64,000 nt of DNA from Patellaria atrata CBS 101060 (taxonomy: Eukaryota), in NCBI GenBank assembly GCA_010093705.1, contig MU006089.1, positions 1,552,455 to 1,616,454 of the forward strand, in the 5' to 3' direction. How positions within the stretch are numbered: the stretch's first letter is position 1; each line of letters begins with the position of its first letter. A program made the position numbers and the translations under genes. The notes beneath the pieces were generated by a model. It saw nothing but the letters and a program-made list of their open reading frames with translations. It did no database searches and was not told the origin of the DNA. Positions 38,637 through 50,490 of this stretch are shown in pieces.

Positions 38637-40568
38637 TCTATGTTAACTGGGACAAACCGAGCTCATGTAAACAGTAGAGCGCGATAGCCCTTTTTATAAG
38701 AGCCATTTTCACCCTGGTGTTTACTGTGACGGTCTGTCGGTACTGCGGTTCATCATTAACCAACTCAATTGAGATTGTGCCCAGAAAGCAGCACTATAGG
38801 ATTCTTTCTAGAAGGTCAAAATGGAAGAAATCAAGATTGAAACTGCCGCAGAGCCATGCCATGCCGGCTCCGCGGGCCTGTCGTAGGCTTTCAATTGGCG
38901 CTGACCTGAGAGAAATAGATGAAAGAACAGACATTTCCCGGAATTCAGATAGGATGAGCGTAGTTGAAGTCGGTAACCAGATCGTTTTTATATTAATTTG
39001 CGGGCATGTATACATTGTATGGGGGCGGGGGAGACAAGGGTAACAGACGGCAAGACCTTGATATAATTTGTGGAGGAGGCGTTAACGCCTTATACTGGTC
39101 TGTGAGCGGCTGAATTGTCCCAGTTTGGGGTTTAAAATCCACTTGATCTCATGAAATACTACTTATACATTCGCCGATGTAGGAATTAATAGACTTCTCT
39201 CCGTCTTAGCTCGACGGAAATGGGATATTTCAACCAGAAATCGCTTCGGTTAATTCTGAAGGGGACTGGCTGACAGCTCAATTATCCCAGTTCAGCAGGT
39301 GGCCGTTAGAATGGCGCCAAACCAGGTACAAACCTAAAGCTGGGCTCTAAACCGAGTTCAACCCATCTTCCTGCAGACAACAGAGCGGAACAGAGTGTCA
39401 TATGACGCCTTTGAGGCTCCTGGCCATTTATTAAAATGGATACAAGCATGCGTATTCACCATCCAGTTCTTAGGAGAACTAGATGGTCGATTCGAAGGCC
39501 TGCGGTATAGGAGAACTGGTGCGAAAAGGAGGAGATAATCCAAGCGTAGTATATTTACATTTTTCATTCTTTTCGGTAACTCATTATTGGAATGGGTTAT
39601 AGATGTGAGGAGGGGATTGTGATCCTTTGAGAGTAGGACTGGAGATGTATAGCAACTTATTCCACCTCCAGTCTTCATTCTGAACACATATTTCTTCTTT
39701 ACATAAGCAAGAGCTAGTCGTTACAAGAGAAGGGTTTCTCCTTTGGACGATAATATTTTCTCGTAGTGTAGGTAGCTATCTACATCACTCCTCTCCAAGT
39801 GACTTTCCAGGAATGTCCCCTTATCCGTCAAAGTTAGCATTTCCCTATACTCTTACAGAACAACTACTGCGAACGCAGTATGTCAAACCGAGTTTCCTTT
39901 GCCTTTCCGGTCAAATGATCCAGTATGTACGGTTGTGCATCATCCATACGTTTTCCGCTTTCCTCGACACTGGCACTCATTCCCCTAAATCTTTGCTGGG
40001 AAATCCTTTCCTAGTTCCGCGACATCCAGTTTTTCTCGAGAAGTCCAATCTTAGACAGGCCAATTATCTTTTTTCCCTTTGACGATTGGAAGGACCTGGA
40101 AGCATTGGCAGATGTCCAATTCCCTGTACGTCTCAGTAGAGTATTCAGGTTACTCTTAATGTTCTTGATCGTTTCGAATAATGTATTGAGTGATACTCAT
40201 TTGAGTATAAGCGCTCTCCTGCTCTTTTTCTAAGTACAACACTCCAATATTGGAGAGGTAGTTCTGTACTCGTATCGACTTATTCAACCTGTGAGAACTG
40301 GTATTCCTTTGTAATTCTGTCCTGGATGGAAGTATCTAAGAACATTGAGGAGTTACGCGCTGGTCAAAGAATGCAATGCCGGTCATAGGATATGCAGGGC
40401 CACGTTAGATGTTCTTCCATTAGTTATATGGATCTCCCGCAAGTTTGTTAACGGGATTTGATGAAGAAATATCAAGAGCACGGACATACTAGGTCACGGT
40501 ACGAAGTCACAAACTGATCTTATTCCTACGCCCTATTATTTTGCAAGTCCTCCCCCACTTTCAATTAT

Positions 40569-40791
40569 GGTATAATAGCCTAGTGGTAGTATGCGGTACT
40601 TGCTCAAGTCAACCTCCTGCGTTACAACTGGTACGCGGGTTCAACCCCCGGTTGTGGCTGCTTAAGGACACTCACTTGAGATTCAGAAGGAAATAGAATC
40701 TTCTACTATCATACCATTCAATTGCCACAGCAAATCAGTTCGCCTGGTTTCCGGGATCCCTGAGGAGGATTTTCTTTTGTAATTTTTTTTT
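40569..40791 (+). ncRNA. Unassigned Pol III-type structured RNA locus (tRNA-like or SRP-like head, A and B boxes, oligo-T end)
   Basis: A box TAGCCTAGTGG 40576-40586; B box GGTTCAACCCC 40638-40648 within a T-arm-like hairpin; several nested complementary segments to 40768; T-runs at 40770-40791. Confidence 0.55.
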
Positions 40792-41194
40792 AATCGTTTA
40801 TTTATCTCCTCGACGTATCTCGGTATGATAATAGGATATTATTCCGGGTTTTTTTTATAGCGGTCGTTCTCCTGCTCTATTACTTCCTTGAACAGATGCG
40901 ATTGAAATGTGACCTGATGCTGAATCTGCATGCCGTTGTTTGTTAGGCGGCCACTCTGGTCTTGATCATTCACGAAAAGCTCTCGCGAGCTTGGTATAAA
41001 ATATAACTTACCCATCCACCCCACGAATCCAATAAATCTTCGTTTCCGTCATTCGTTTCCTCATCCACTCCAAAACCTGGAGCTTGGTACCTTTGGCGCA
41101 TTTTGCCGTTGCCTTGTCGACTTCTCCTGTAAAGTCTCAAGTCTTGGAAATTAGCAGTACACCAATATCATCCACAATCTTAGAACCACCGACC

Positions 41195-42284
41195 ATGGCA
41201 TCATCCCTACCTTCTACCTGCGCCGCTTGTGGCGTGCCAGCGACGACTGTTTGCGCTGGCTGCAAAAACGCACCAGAATCTGTCGTCACGGTCTATTGTA
41301 CAAAGGATTGTCAGACCAAGCATTGGAAAGATCACAAATGGAGCTGCAAGAAACTGCAACTACGGAAACAACTCTACCGAACGGCTTTATTTGTTCAACA
41401 ACTCTGGTACATCTATCGCAGCCGTACGTACGACTACAACATCAGTCGCGTGACGACCAATGATGGCATCCTCACCCTACATGGCGGCCCTCATCATTCC
41501 GATAGGCTACCTAATAGAATATATCGCCTTCCATCAAGTCTCGAACCAGGCAGCGATGAGTGGAAGAGCGTGTTGTGTGCACATATGTGTCAGGACGCGG
41601 TTGTTGACACACAAGTGTTGATCACAAAATACATCAAAGGTAAATTGGTCAAACCTTCCACAACAAGCGCTATAATCTCATGGAAAAATCATAGGATTAT
41701 GCAACTATCTTCGGGAAGTATACTTCACACCCAAGAATCCGATGGTGCTTGAGCATGTTCGTTATGACGGCACTCCGCTCCAGAATAGGGGCCAATACAG
41801 TCATTGTGTGTTCCAGGTTGCGCTTGCCAATGGAGAAAGATATGCCATCGATATAAGCGGTGCTCAATATGGCATATACACTCCATTCGCAACTTGGGAA
41901 AGGTACGAAGCACAATACATCAAAGAAACTACACATATCTATAACATTGGACACACGGCAATGTTTTTGGCGAATCCTATATCGATATTTGGCTATCGTG
42001 CTATTGGGAATGCAATGATTATTATCCTGGAGAGGAGTCTTATCAGGGTGGAGACAATCAGGAGTAGCACAATTGAGGAGCTCTTGAAGGCTGCGGATAT
42101 AAAGTGGAACGCCGAGCTTCCTGTATTCCTGGATCATATTGACGCACTATTGCATGGATATCTCAAACGAGCAAGGCGGATTGCTGAAGTGAGTCGTAAT
42201 GCTCCAGTGAGGAAAGAGATATTTCTGCAGGCTGGTGAGAAAATCCTTGCTACTAAATGGGTGGAGGTAGAGAAATGGTCATGA
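41195..42284 (+). CDS. MYND zinc-finger protein with an uncharacterised, possibly transglutaminase-like, C-terminal domain; intron 41640-41694
   Basis: 'CAAC...CAGC...YCTKDCQTKHWKDHKWSC'. The intron joins in frame to 'HCVFQVALANGERYAIDISGAQYG'. Confidence 0.85.
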
Positions 42285-42764
42285 GTGAGTTGTATTTGAA
42301 ATTAGGACAAGAACATCTCACATGGAGAACTGGACAGAAGGAAATATCAAGCTCAGGAAAACTCTTGTATAGTACATACCTAACATATCACCGGTTGTAA
42401 CAACATGATTACTCAAGCTCGCTCATAGCCAACTTAAAATACAAACTTAATGGAATTAGGAAAATGTGTGACATATGACTGTATCTCGCACAAAGGAGAA
42501 TATACCGCTTGATATACCATTATGGTATTACGGAATTGAGCTTTTGATATAATCGTTGTCGCTCATAACGATGAAGTGGTATCATACATACTTTGGATTC
42601 TCCTCTCAGCTACTTCTCACCTCAGGGGGTTCAGATATAGCTTCCGTAAAGGGGCCGCATGCTAAGCCCGATATTACCCCCAAAGAAATGGCGGTATCTA
42701 GCGAAGTTTGGCCGACGCGTACAAAAGTTTACAAGTAAACCTCTGTAGTTAGAATTGTCCAAAG

Positions 42765-43950
42765 ATGAGATTACGTTCGCCTTCAGCATGGCATACAATT
42801 GCTTTAGCTATTGGGTTTCTCTTTGTACAAGCAGCACACGCTTCCCTAGGTGATCGTCTACCCGACTTCAAAGATTGTGTCAAGGTACGCCGGTCGAAGA
42901 CTAGGGGAATCAGCTCATAACCCGCTCCCATCATGATATATACGTCTTGCTTACAATTGCATATAGGTATGCAAAGAGGTGAATTGCGATGTTGAGAAAC
43001 CGACTTATATTCGTACGTCCACATTTCCCCTCTACCCCACCTGATCCTATCCTTATTCCTACCTTCCAGCCCTCCGACACCGTCTCCTCCTGTGGGATTG
43101 TCCCTCCGAATGCGATTACACGTGCCAACACATCGTCACTGACACCCGCCTTGCGCGGGACCCACCCTACCTCCAACCGGTGCTCCAATTCCACGGAAAA
43201 TGGCCCTTCCACCGTTTCCTGGGCATGCAGGAGCCCTTTTCCGTCATATTCAGCCTGCTGAACTACCTCGCACACGACCACGGCATGGAGCGTCTTCGCA
43301 GTGAGGTCCCGGCCAGCTACCCGCTGCGCGTGTATTACCTGCTGTTCGGGTACATCGGGCGCGTCTCCTGGCTCTTCAGCATCCTGTTCCACACGCGCGA
43401 CTTCGCCCTCACTGAAAAGCTGGACTACTTCGCCGCCGGCGCCAGCGTGCTCTACCAGCTCTACTACACCCCGATCCGCGTCTTCCGCCTTGACCGCCGC
43501 ACCCCCGGGAAGCAGAACATCCTGCGCGCTTGGACCGGCCTTTGCGTCCTCCTCTACACCCTGCACGTGGGCTACCTCTCCCTGTGGTCCTGGGACTACA
43601 CGTATAACATGGCGGCCAACGTGGCCGTGGGCGCCGTATCGAACGTCCTCTGGAGCTGGTTTAGCTGGCAGCACTACCAGAGGCTCAAGCGGCCGTGGGC
43701 CGCGTGGCCCGGCTTCATCGTCGCCTGGATCATCATGGCGATGAGTCTGGAGCTGCTGGATTTCGCGCCCTGGCGCGGTTTCATCGACGCCCACAGTCTG
43801 TGGCATCTGGGCACCGTCTTGCCGACCGTGTTGTGGTATAAGTGAGTTCCCTGCGTAACCATTCCTTTGGGCGAGGGCTAAGTTAAGGGATACAGCTTTC
43901 TGATCAGAGACGCGAAGGAGGACCTGCAGGGTATGAGACTCAAGGCCTAG
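42765..43950 (+). CDS. PER1: Per1/PGAP3 GPI-remodelling phospholipase A2; 4 exons, introns 42885-42966, 43013-43069, 43842-43895
   Basis: 'ASLGDRLPDFKDC', 'LLWDCPSECDYTCQ', 'QFHGKWPF', 'FHTRD', 'EKLDYF', 'LELLDFAP', 'IDAHSLWH'. Confidence 0.96.
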
Positions 43951-44486
43951 CATGGAAGGATTTTTCCTCCCTCCCACACGTACCGTCACTTACACATCTG
44001 TACAGTGTCGCAGAAGAAACAGTTTTAGTCTGTTCTACCCCGCTGGGTTCTCCGTTTTTGCGTGTACGCCTTTGGCTCAGGGCGTTTTGGTGTGGGGTTA
44101 CAGAATGCATATTTGACTTTTGTGGGGGAAAGATGGTTGCAGGATGTATAGAGGAATGCAATTTTTTGTGTGAATAGATAGTGGCGCCATTGAGCGTACA
44201 AGAACTCGTAGTTGATAGTACTTGGATCGTTGAGATCACGGTGCTCCCGTACATATTAGGGTCATCACAGGGACATTTGCAGGCATTCTAAGTTCGTTCA
44301 CACGCAGATATGAAAAGAAGAGGACAATGTTCATTTGTTATTGTTTCTATATGTACACTACGCCATCCATCAATCAAACGTTGAAAGAGTCCCTTTACGG
44401 ACAAAATATCCGAATACTGTACGCCAAACCCCGGCCATGGATATATGATGACGTGAAACCCAAAATGTTACCAATCTAAAAGCGAA

Positions 44487-46631
44487 TCATAACTCGTAGT
44501 TCTCTCCTTCCCACTCTTTACACCGCCCGAACCAACTTCTCCTAGCGCATGTTGGCTCCGTTGGTGTAGAAGTAGGCAATACTGCAGTAGTAGGTGAGGG
44601 ATCGACGCAAATCAAGCCAAACCATTCTTTCGATCTACACGAATGCGATGTAGATGAAGGAATCTCGCTGGTAGGCGTCGGAGAAGCCGTTGGTTCTGGT
44701 GTCGTAGTGGGATCTTTACATCCAAACCAACCCGGGTGCTCACACGAGGTCGAGGTGCTTGACTGTGAGCCTGTGGACGTGGGTTCTGATGTTGTAGTAA
44801 TCGTAGGAGCAGGAGCTGCAGTATCCGATGATACACTTGTGGTTATAGTGGTACTCTCATCCTTACAGCCAAACCATCCCGGCGTTTTGCAGGTGGAAGT
44901 TGAAGTACTTGTGCTCTCCGTTGTAGAACCATCAGTCGTCGTCGATTCATCCAGACATCCCCACCAGCCAGGCGTTTTGCATGTTGCTGTTCTTGTCCGT
45001 GTACTATAAGTCGAACTGCTAGTCATTGTAGTTTCGGAACTGTTACTCTCGAAGTATTTCCAAAGGTAACAGTCCGTGCAATTGGATTGAACATTACATT
45101 TGGGGACGTCATCGTACTTTTCTATAACATCGTGGATAACGCTCCAAATACGATGTGTTCCTGCACCAACACGCCAACCAAGGTCTTCTACCGTGTCGTA
45201 TACACAGGATGCACCATTGTGGCACACACTCTGCATCGCATATCCACCGATGGTGCATACAGAACTGGCATAGTTACAAGACCCCATGTAGATCGGATCA
45301 GCGGTATGGCCGAAGTGATTTCCTCCGGTCATGTAACGGGCCTGGTGTGCTCCAATATGATATCCTGGAGGTGTAGGAAGTCCAAGACGTGAAGCGGGCA
45401 TAGCAGCCGGGACGGCTTCAAAAGTAATAACCGGCAGCCCGTAAGTTAACCCAAGAAGACTGCTCACCGCACCTCCCAAGGAATGGCCGGATAGCCAAAT
45501 ATCAGCGTCCGGATAGTATGCTGACACATTCCGGTATAATTCTTGTGCCGCATAATAATAACGGTTCTTCTCCCTTAAGGCTTTAACTAGGCACGTGGAA
45601 TTGCAAGTATACGCTGAAGTTTGACAGTCGCAGACTTGCCTCCATAAGTACTGCCCACCTTGGCCACAACAGCAGCTGAAGAAAAGGTTATCATTCAGCT
45701 TGTCGTTGGTGGTCGTTCCTGAACCGTCAAAGACAGCTGGAGCTTATTGATTAGTTAGTATAAAAATACCCTGCGACCACAAAGTGAAGTCAAACATACA
45801 AGTGCCTTTTAACCCAATAACTATCGTTCTATTAGTCGTATCAGCGAAGATATGACCCCTCAGTCCGTCATTTGACCATCCGAAATCTTCTGTATAATTG
45901 AATCCACTACCAACCTAAGGCCGGTGTTAGCAAGTGTGTATCAAGTATTACATCGAGGACCATACATCTTCCCATTCTCCTGTCCCATGTTCTTCTATAT
46001 AAGCATTTGCTGCCATACGTGCAAAACTCACGACCGTCTCTTTGTCCGTCACATTGGGTCCATCGATCTTGTCTATCGTCCAGTCGGACGCGGAGAGACT
46101 GACGGGTCTCCCATGCATTCGTCCGAACTCTAAGATACCGTCGATATAGTCATGACTTCGATCGGCAAGTCTTTCTATACTGACGGTGTGTGACTTAACG
46201 CGGAGGGGCGGGGCAAGCTCCTTCGTGGAAAAAGAGGTATCCCAATCATCTACTATGTAGTACGGTGTATCTCTCGGGATATCTAACCTTCGGTGTAGAT
46301 GTGGGTATTTGTATGTCCCATGATGGAAGATATGTTGGAGTCTCTGATATGTATGTATTAGCCACATGGGATATTTCTTGAAGGCATCTCTACATACGAA
46401 CTCAAGGATCTGGGAGCCTTCATCGGACGACTTCTCGTGATCGCGTCCTGACCCCGGAAGAGGAATACCAGGCGGCAAGTAAGGTATATCTCGGAAGTCC
46501 TCCGGAATAAGAGCAAGAGGTGCTATAGCGGAGGCCGGGTGGAGAATATATGATGATAGCGCAACGGACAAGAGCACCGTGGCGGTTACTCTGCCTGCAG
46601 AGCGACAAATGCGGGGATGAATCGGAAGCAT
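44487..46631 (-). CDS. ATG15: Autophagy-related vacuolar lipase Atg15; 4 exons, introns 46397-46344, 45965-45915, 45799-45743
   Basis: N-terminal hydrophobic anchor, 'LQHIFHHG', '[13 protein letters not shown]', '[13 protein letters not shown]', lipase 'GHSLG', '[12 protein letters not shown]', Ser/Thr-rich tail. Confidence 0.95.
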
Positions 46632-47060
46632 ATCGCGACCTTTGTTATGAGAATCTCAGAATCATGGACAAGACGTGCGTAACACCATTCAAAGTGAGAA
46701 GGAAGAGGTTGAGAGATGGTTGAAAGTATGATATGTTGAATGTTATGAATACATTAGGTTTAGCGATGATGACGATTGGGGTCACAAGCTAACCACAAGG
46801 CAACCAGAAGCATCGAGATCAGCCACTTTACGAGTCGCCTTAAGAAGAAGCCTCAAAGAGCTCAAATCCCCTATGACACCCCAAACGGTTCGTGTCATCG
46901 GGGAACCTTAGGGTAATAGTTCCGTTATCGATAAAGCTGTTCTTGGCTGTTTTGCGTACAGCTCCGTGTGTGAGATTATCACCGTTCATTCTACAGTAAA
47001 GAACGCCAGATTCTCAAATGAAACTCTGTTTGTGTATATGTTCATCTAATCTCCTTCGAA

Positions 47061-49402
47061 ATGCAAAGTAGTGCTTCTGCTGGAAGTGATGCTACCGCTA
47101 GGCCTCGTCCTCTGCAGGCCTCCCAGTCCTTTACCCGGCTTGAATCCGCGACTCAGAGCCCATCACAACGTAGTCGAGCGAGTACGCTTCAAGGGCCACC
47201 TCTCCCGGAGGTGAATTATCCTCAGGATATCTCAGCATCTCCAGTTCCCGAACATAATGACGAGAGTGGTGATATCTTTGCTTCAAAAGATGGCGATCCT
47301 GTCGACGGCGACGATCATGCGGATGATCCACTGCCTAAGCTTGCTACAAACCTCGATGAGCTTCCTATTGAAATTAGAAGCTTGACAGAGAGGTAATTCA
47401 GCTAGCATAAAGCTTAAATTGCTCTGACAAACTAAGATACAATAGGTTTCTCGACTCACTCTCTGCTAAAGCACATCCCACCCCCTTATCAATTGATGCT
47501 GTATCGGATCTCTTCCAGGACTTCTATGTACGCGCCGAAACTCATATATCTACCCATATTGCCACTCTTTCCTCCCGTATAGGACGCACTCAATCCCCGT
47601 CTCCTTCAGTATCCTCAAAAATCTCGACTACATCTGGCAGATCGGCTAGTGGAAATGTCAGAAAGAGCAGCACACCGGCGGAGTCACCTGGAATAGAGCA
47701 GCAGATGCTGACTGCATCTGAAATCAGTGGTAGAAAGAAGGCACGTAAGCAGCTAGAACTTCAAAGAACCGCGCTAGAAGAGGCTGTCGAGCGTATCGTA
47801 TGCCAAAAGGTGTACGAAAAGATATACAGACACAGGAGTACAGATGACGAGGAACGGGATGAGAAATTACGGTCACGTACAGCAGCATTATCTCTATTAG
47901 GGATCGGTCTACGTGAGCTACTCGTGAACACGCAGGATGCTGGACCCGATGCTCGTTCAATGTCCATCGAGAAAGAGGAGGAAATCCGCGAGTGGCTTAC
48001 AGATGCTTGGAACAATATCCAAAGAATGAACGATGAAAAATATCCCCTTGGAAAGTTACAACATCTCACGGCCGCGCATAAGAGTATCGTTGATACTTTA
48101 TCTCGGCTCTTCCCCGCGTCATCATCAGCAGACGAGATACTTCCTACGGTCATATATACTTTAATCATATCTCCTCCAGAAGGACTCAGCGTCATCAGTA
48201 ATCTTCACTTCATCCAACGATTCAGGGCAAGTAGTAAGATAGATGGTGAAGCAGCTTATTGCTTAGTGAATCTGGAGGCCGCTATCTCTTTCCTTGAAAC
48301 AGTCGACCTAGCCTCATTACGAACAGATGAAGCTCCTCAGGGGCAAAAGTCAAATACCCGTCCAACAACTCCTCGATCAGAAAACAAAGCACCTCCGATG
48401 AATCTTGGCCTTGCTATTACCCCTGCTCCAGGGCTAACTCCATTATCGGTAGAGTCTAATGATCTCACCGTAGGTTCAAATGACAGGGCCCTCCCTTCCC
48501 CCCGTCAAACCCGTCGACTCAGTTCCCTTCTTCAAACTCAAGCAACCCGCCTCGAAAGTGCCACCGATTCCGTCCGCGATTCCATCCTCACCAGCGCCGA
48601 CGAAGCAATCGACAGCATCAACAACACGCTAAACGAAAGCTTCAAGTTCTTCTTCGGTCGTCTGCGGGAGCAACAGACGAGTAACGATCCAAGCAAGCAA
48701 GAAGTCATCGTGCCGAAAACCCTAGAAGACGCTCGCAAACTCGTATCTCCCAGGACCACTGGCGAAGACGACAGTAATATGATGAGCGCCACGAGCTTGG
48801 TCATTGAGGACGTCACTACTGCTTCCGTAAACGAAAAGTCTGTAAAACCTGAATCTCATGTCCTTGACCTCGTAGCTGGTCGTAGACCCCGTGATCGTAG
48901 CGTAGATAGCACTCAGAGCGCGACCAGCACGAAAGGGGTAGGGGCCAAACCTCCACCGACAAGCGCTCCATCTTCATCAACCGCACCGGCACCATCCGCC
49001 GGCAACGCAGCCGTTGAAAGCATGCGTAATCTCGGCAACACGCTCAACCCTCTCAAGGGCCTCTCAGGTATCAACATGATCCCGCGATTTGGCCGTGCTA
49101 ATCCCGTAACCCCGGCACCCGCACAGGAGAAGGACAAAGAGAAAGAGAAAGAGAAGTCGGGGACTCGCTCGCGCTCGGGAACACTCACAGAAGCCAAAAC
49201 CGGTCAGGTAAAGAACATACCGAAAGAAAAAGAGCATCCAGCTCTCGCGGCCATAGAACAGCTACGCAAGACCCCTCCCCCGGTGAGAAGGTTCCTGGAG
49301 ATGAAAGATGCTAAGGATATCAAGCTAGGAGAAGTTGAAGAGCTGTTGAAGGAGTACCAGAGGCTGGCAGGCGCGATTAGGAGTGCGATAAATGCTGGTT
49401 GA
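47061..49402 (+). CDS. VPS9-domain Rab5-family guanine nucleotide exchange factor (Muk1-like); intron 47393-47445
   Basis: 'PLGKLQHL', 'SSADEILPTVIYTLI', 'SNLHFIQRFR', 'GEAAYCLVNLEAAISFLE'; C-terminal 'VEELLKEYQRLA'. Confidence 0.9.
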
Positions 49403-49629
49403 TAGAATGGGGGTCAAGTGAAGTGGGATTTCTTTGTATTTCTCGGCGTTGGGATGGGGAATGGGCCTGTTGCATAGCGGGCGGGATATGGTATGGAGCC
49501 TCTGGTTATTAGATCGAGGGCGTGTATAGTGGTTCATGTACGTTATACTAAAGCTATTCTCTTTGAGACTTTGCACTCACATACTGGAGTCCAAGATTTC
49601 TCAAGTCGACATATCTGAGCTCTTGTTCC

Positions 49630-50490
49630 CTAAAAAAAAAAGCAAGGGCTTTTTTGGTATTTTGTTTATGGTTAGTAATCGAGTAATTGACACGGTTATT
49701 CAAGATCTCGAGAGAAAATCTGAAAGTATCATGTGCGGTATGACTTTTTCAGATGAGAAGTAAAGCTCAGTTTCGCGTTCACGTATCCAAAGTCTTGGTA
49801 CCATGGACTGATGAATTCAAAATTCTTTTGAACGACACGAATTTTTTTCGTCTTTACTCAATATTGCGCAGGAAGGTATGTGCTATAGTTATATAAGATC
49901 TTCGCCAAAAATCTCGACGATCCATGTGCTTTTGAAGTTTAGTTTAGTTTCTCTTCATGAGAGATGAAACCTGATTACCTGAGCGTATATTCTTTAAAAA
50001 CAGCGAGATTTCTTTTTTGGTCTTTTACTTAATACTGCATAGAGAGATAAAAACTTTAATTATCTTAAGATCTTCGCAAAAAATGTTGGAGATGGGTGTG
50101 CGATATGGACTTTTGGGTTGTGAAGTGAAGTTTAGTTTTTTGAGACGAGACAAGTTAAACTGATAAAGAGGACGGGAGTCGGGTAAGTCGCGTTGACGCA
50201 CGAACTATATCCGAAGTCTTCAGATATATCATGATATGCACGTCTTCGACATTCTTTTTGCCGGCACGAATTTTTTTGGTCGTTTGTCAATACTTAGTAT
50301 AGAGATAATTGTAATAGTAATCTAAGGTCTCCCGCAGAAAATCTCGAGGATCGATGTGCGATATAGACTTTTAGGTCATAAGTGAAATTTCTCTTGACGA
50401 GATGAGACGGTAGCAAACTGCACGAGAGCCATCGGAAACCTTGGCATAAGTTCTTGAGGTAAGAAGAGTTCTTTTTTCGTCTTTGATGGG
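49630..50490. repeat. Degenerate tandem array, about 4 full units plus 1 partial (~170-260 bp), AT-rich, non-coding
   Basis: A recurring ordered set of blocks, ATTCTTT...TTTTTT(C/G)GTC...AAG(A/G)TCT...AAAAT...TGTGCG.TAT.GACTTTT, with AAG(A/G)TCT anchors at 49702, 49895, 50067 and 50324. Confidence 0.7.

Noticed and set aside
40569..40659. A canonical intron-containing tRNA
   Set aside because: Mismatched acceptor, D and T stems, an ambiguous anticodon and no immediate terminator; kept as an unassigned ncRNA instead.
40810..40845. TCGACGTA...TAGGAT resemblance to the 5' end of yeast U3 snoRNA
   Set aside because: No convincing downstream U3 boxes or intron structure could be found.
42931..43989. 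352-aa antisense ORF over PER1
   Set aside because: Explained by the C/G-ending codon bias of PER1 exon 3.
49630..50490. CRISPR-like array or coding repeat
   Set aside because: The units are long and degenerate, with no identical short repeats or unique spacers, no cas genes and no maintained frame; the context is eukaryotic.
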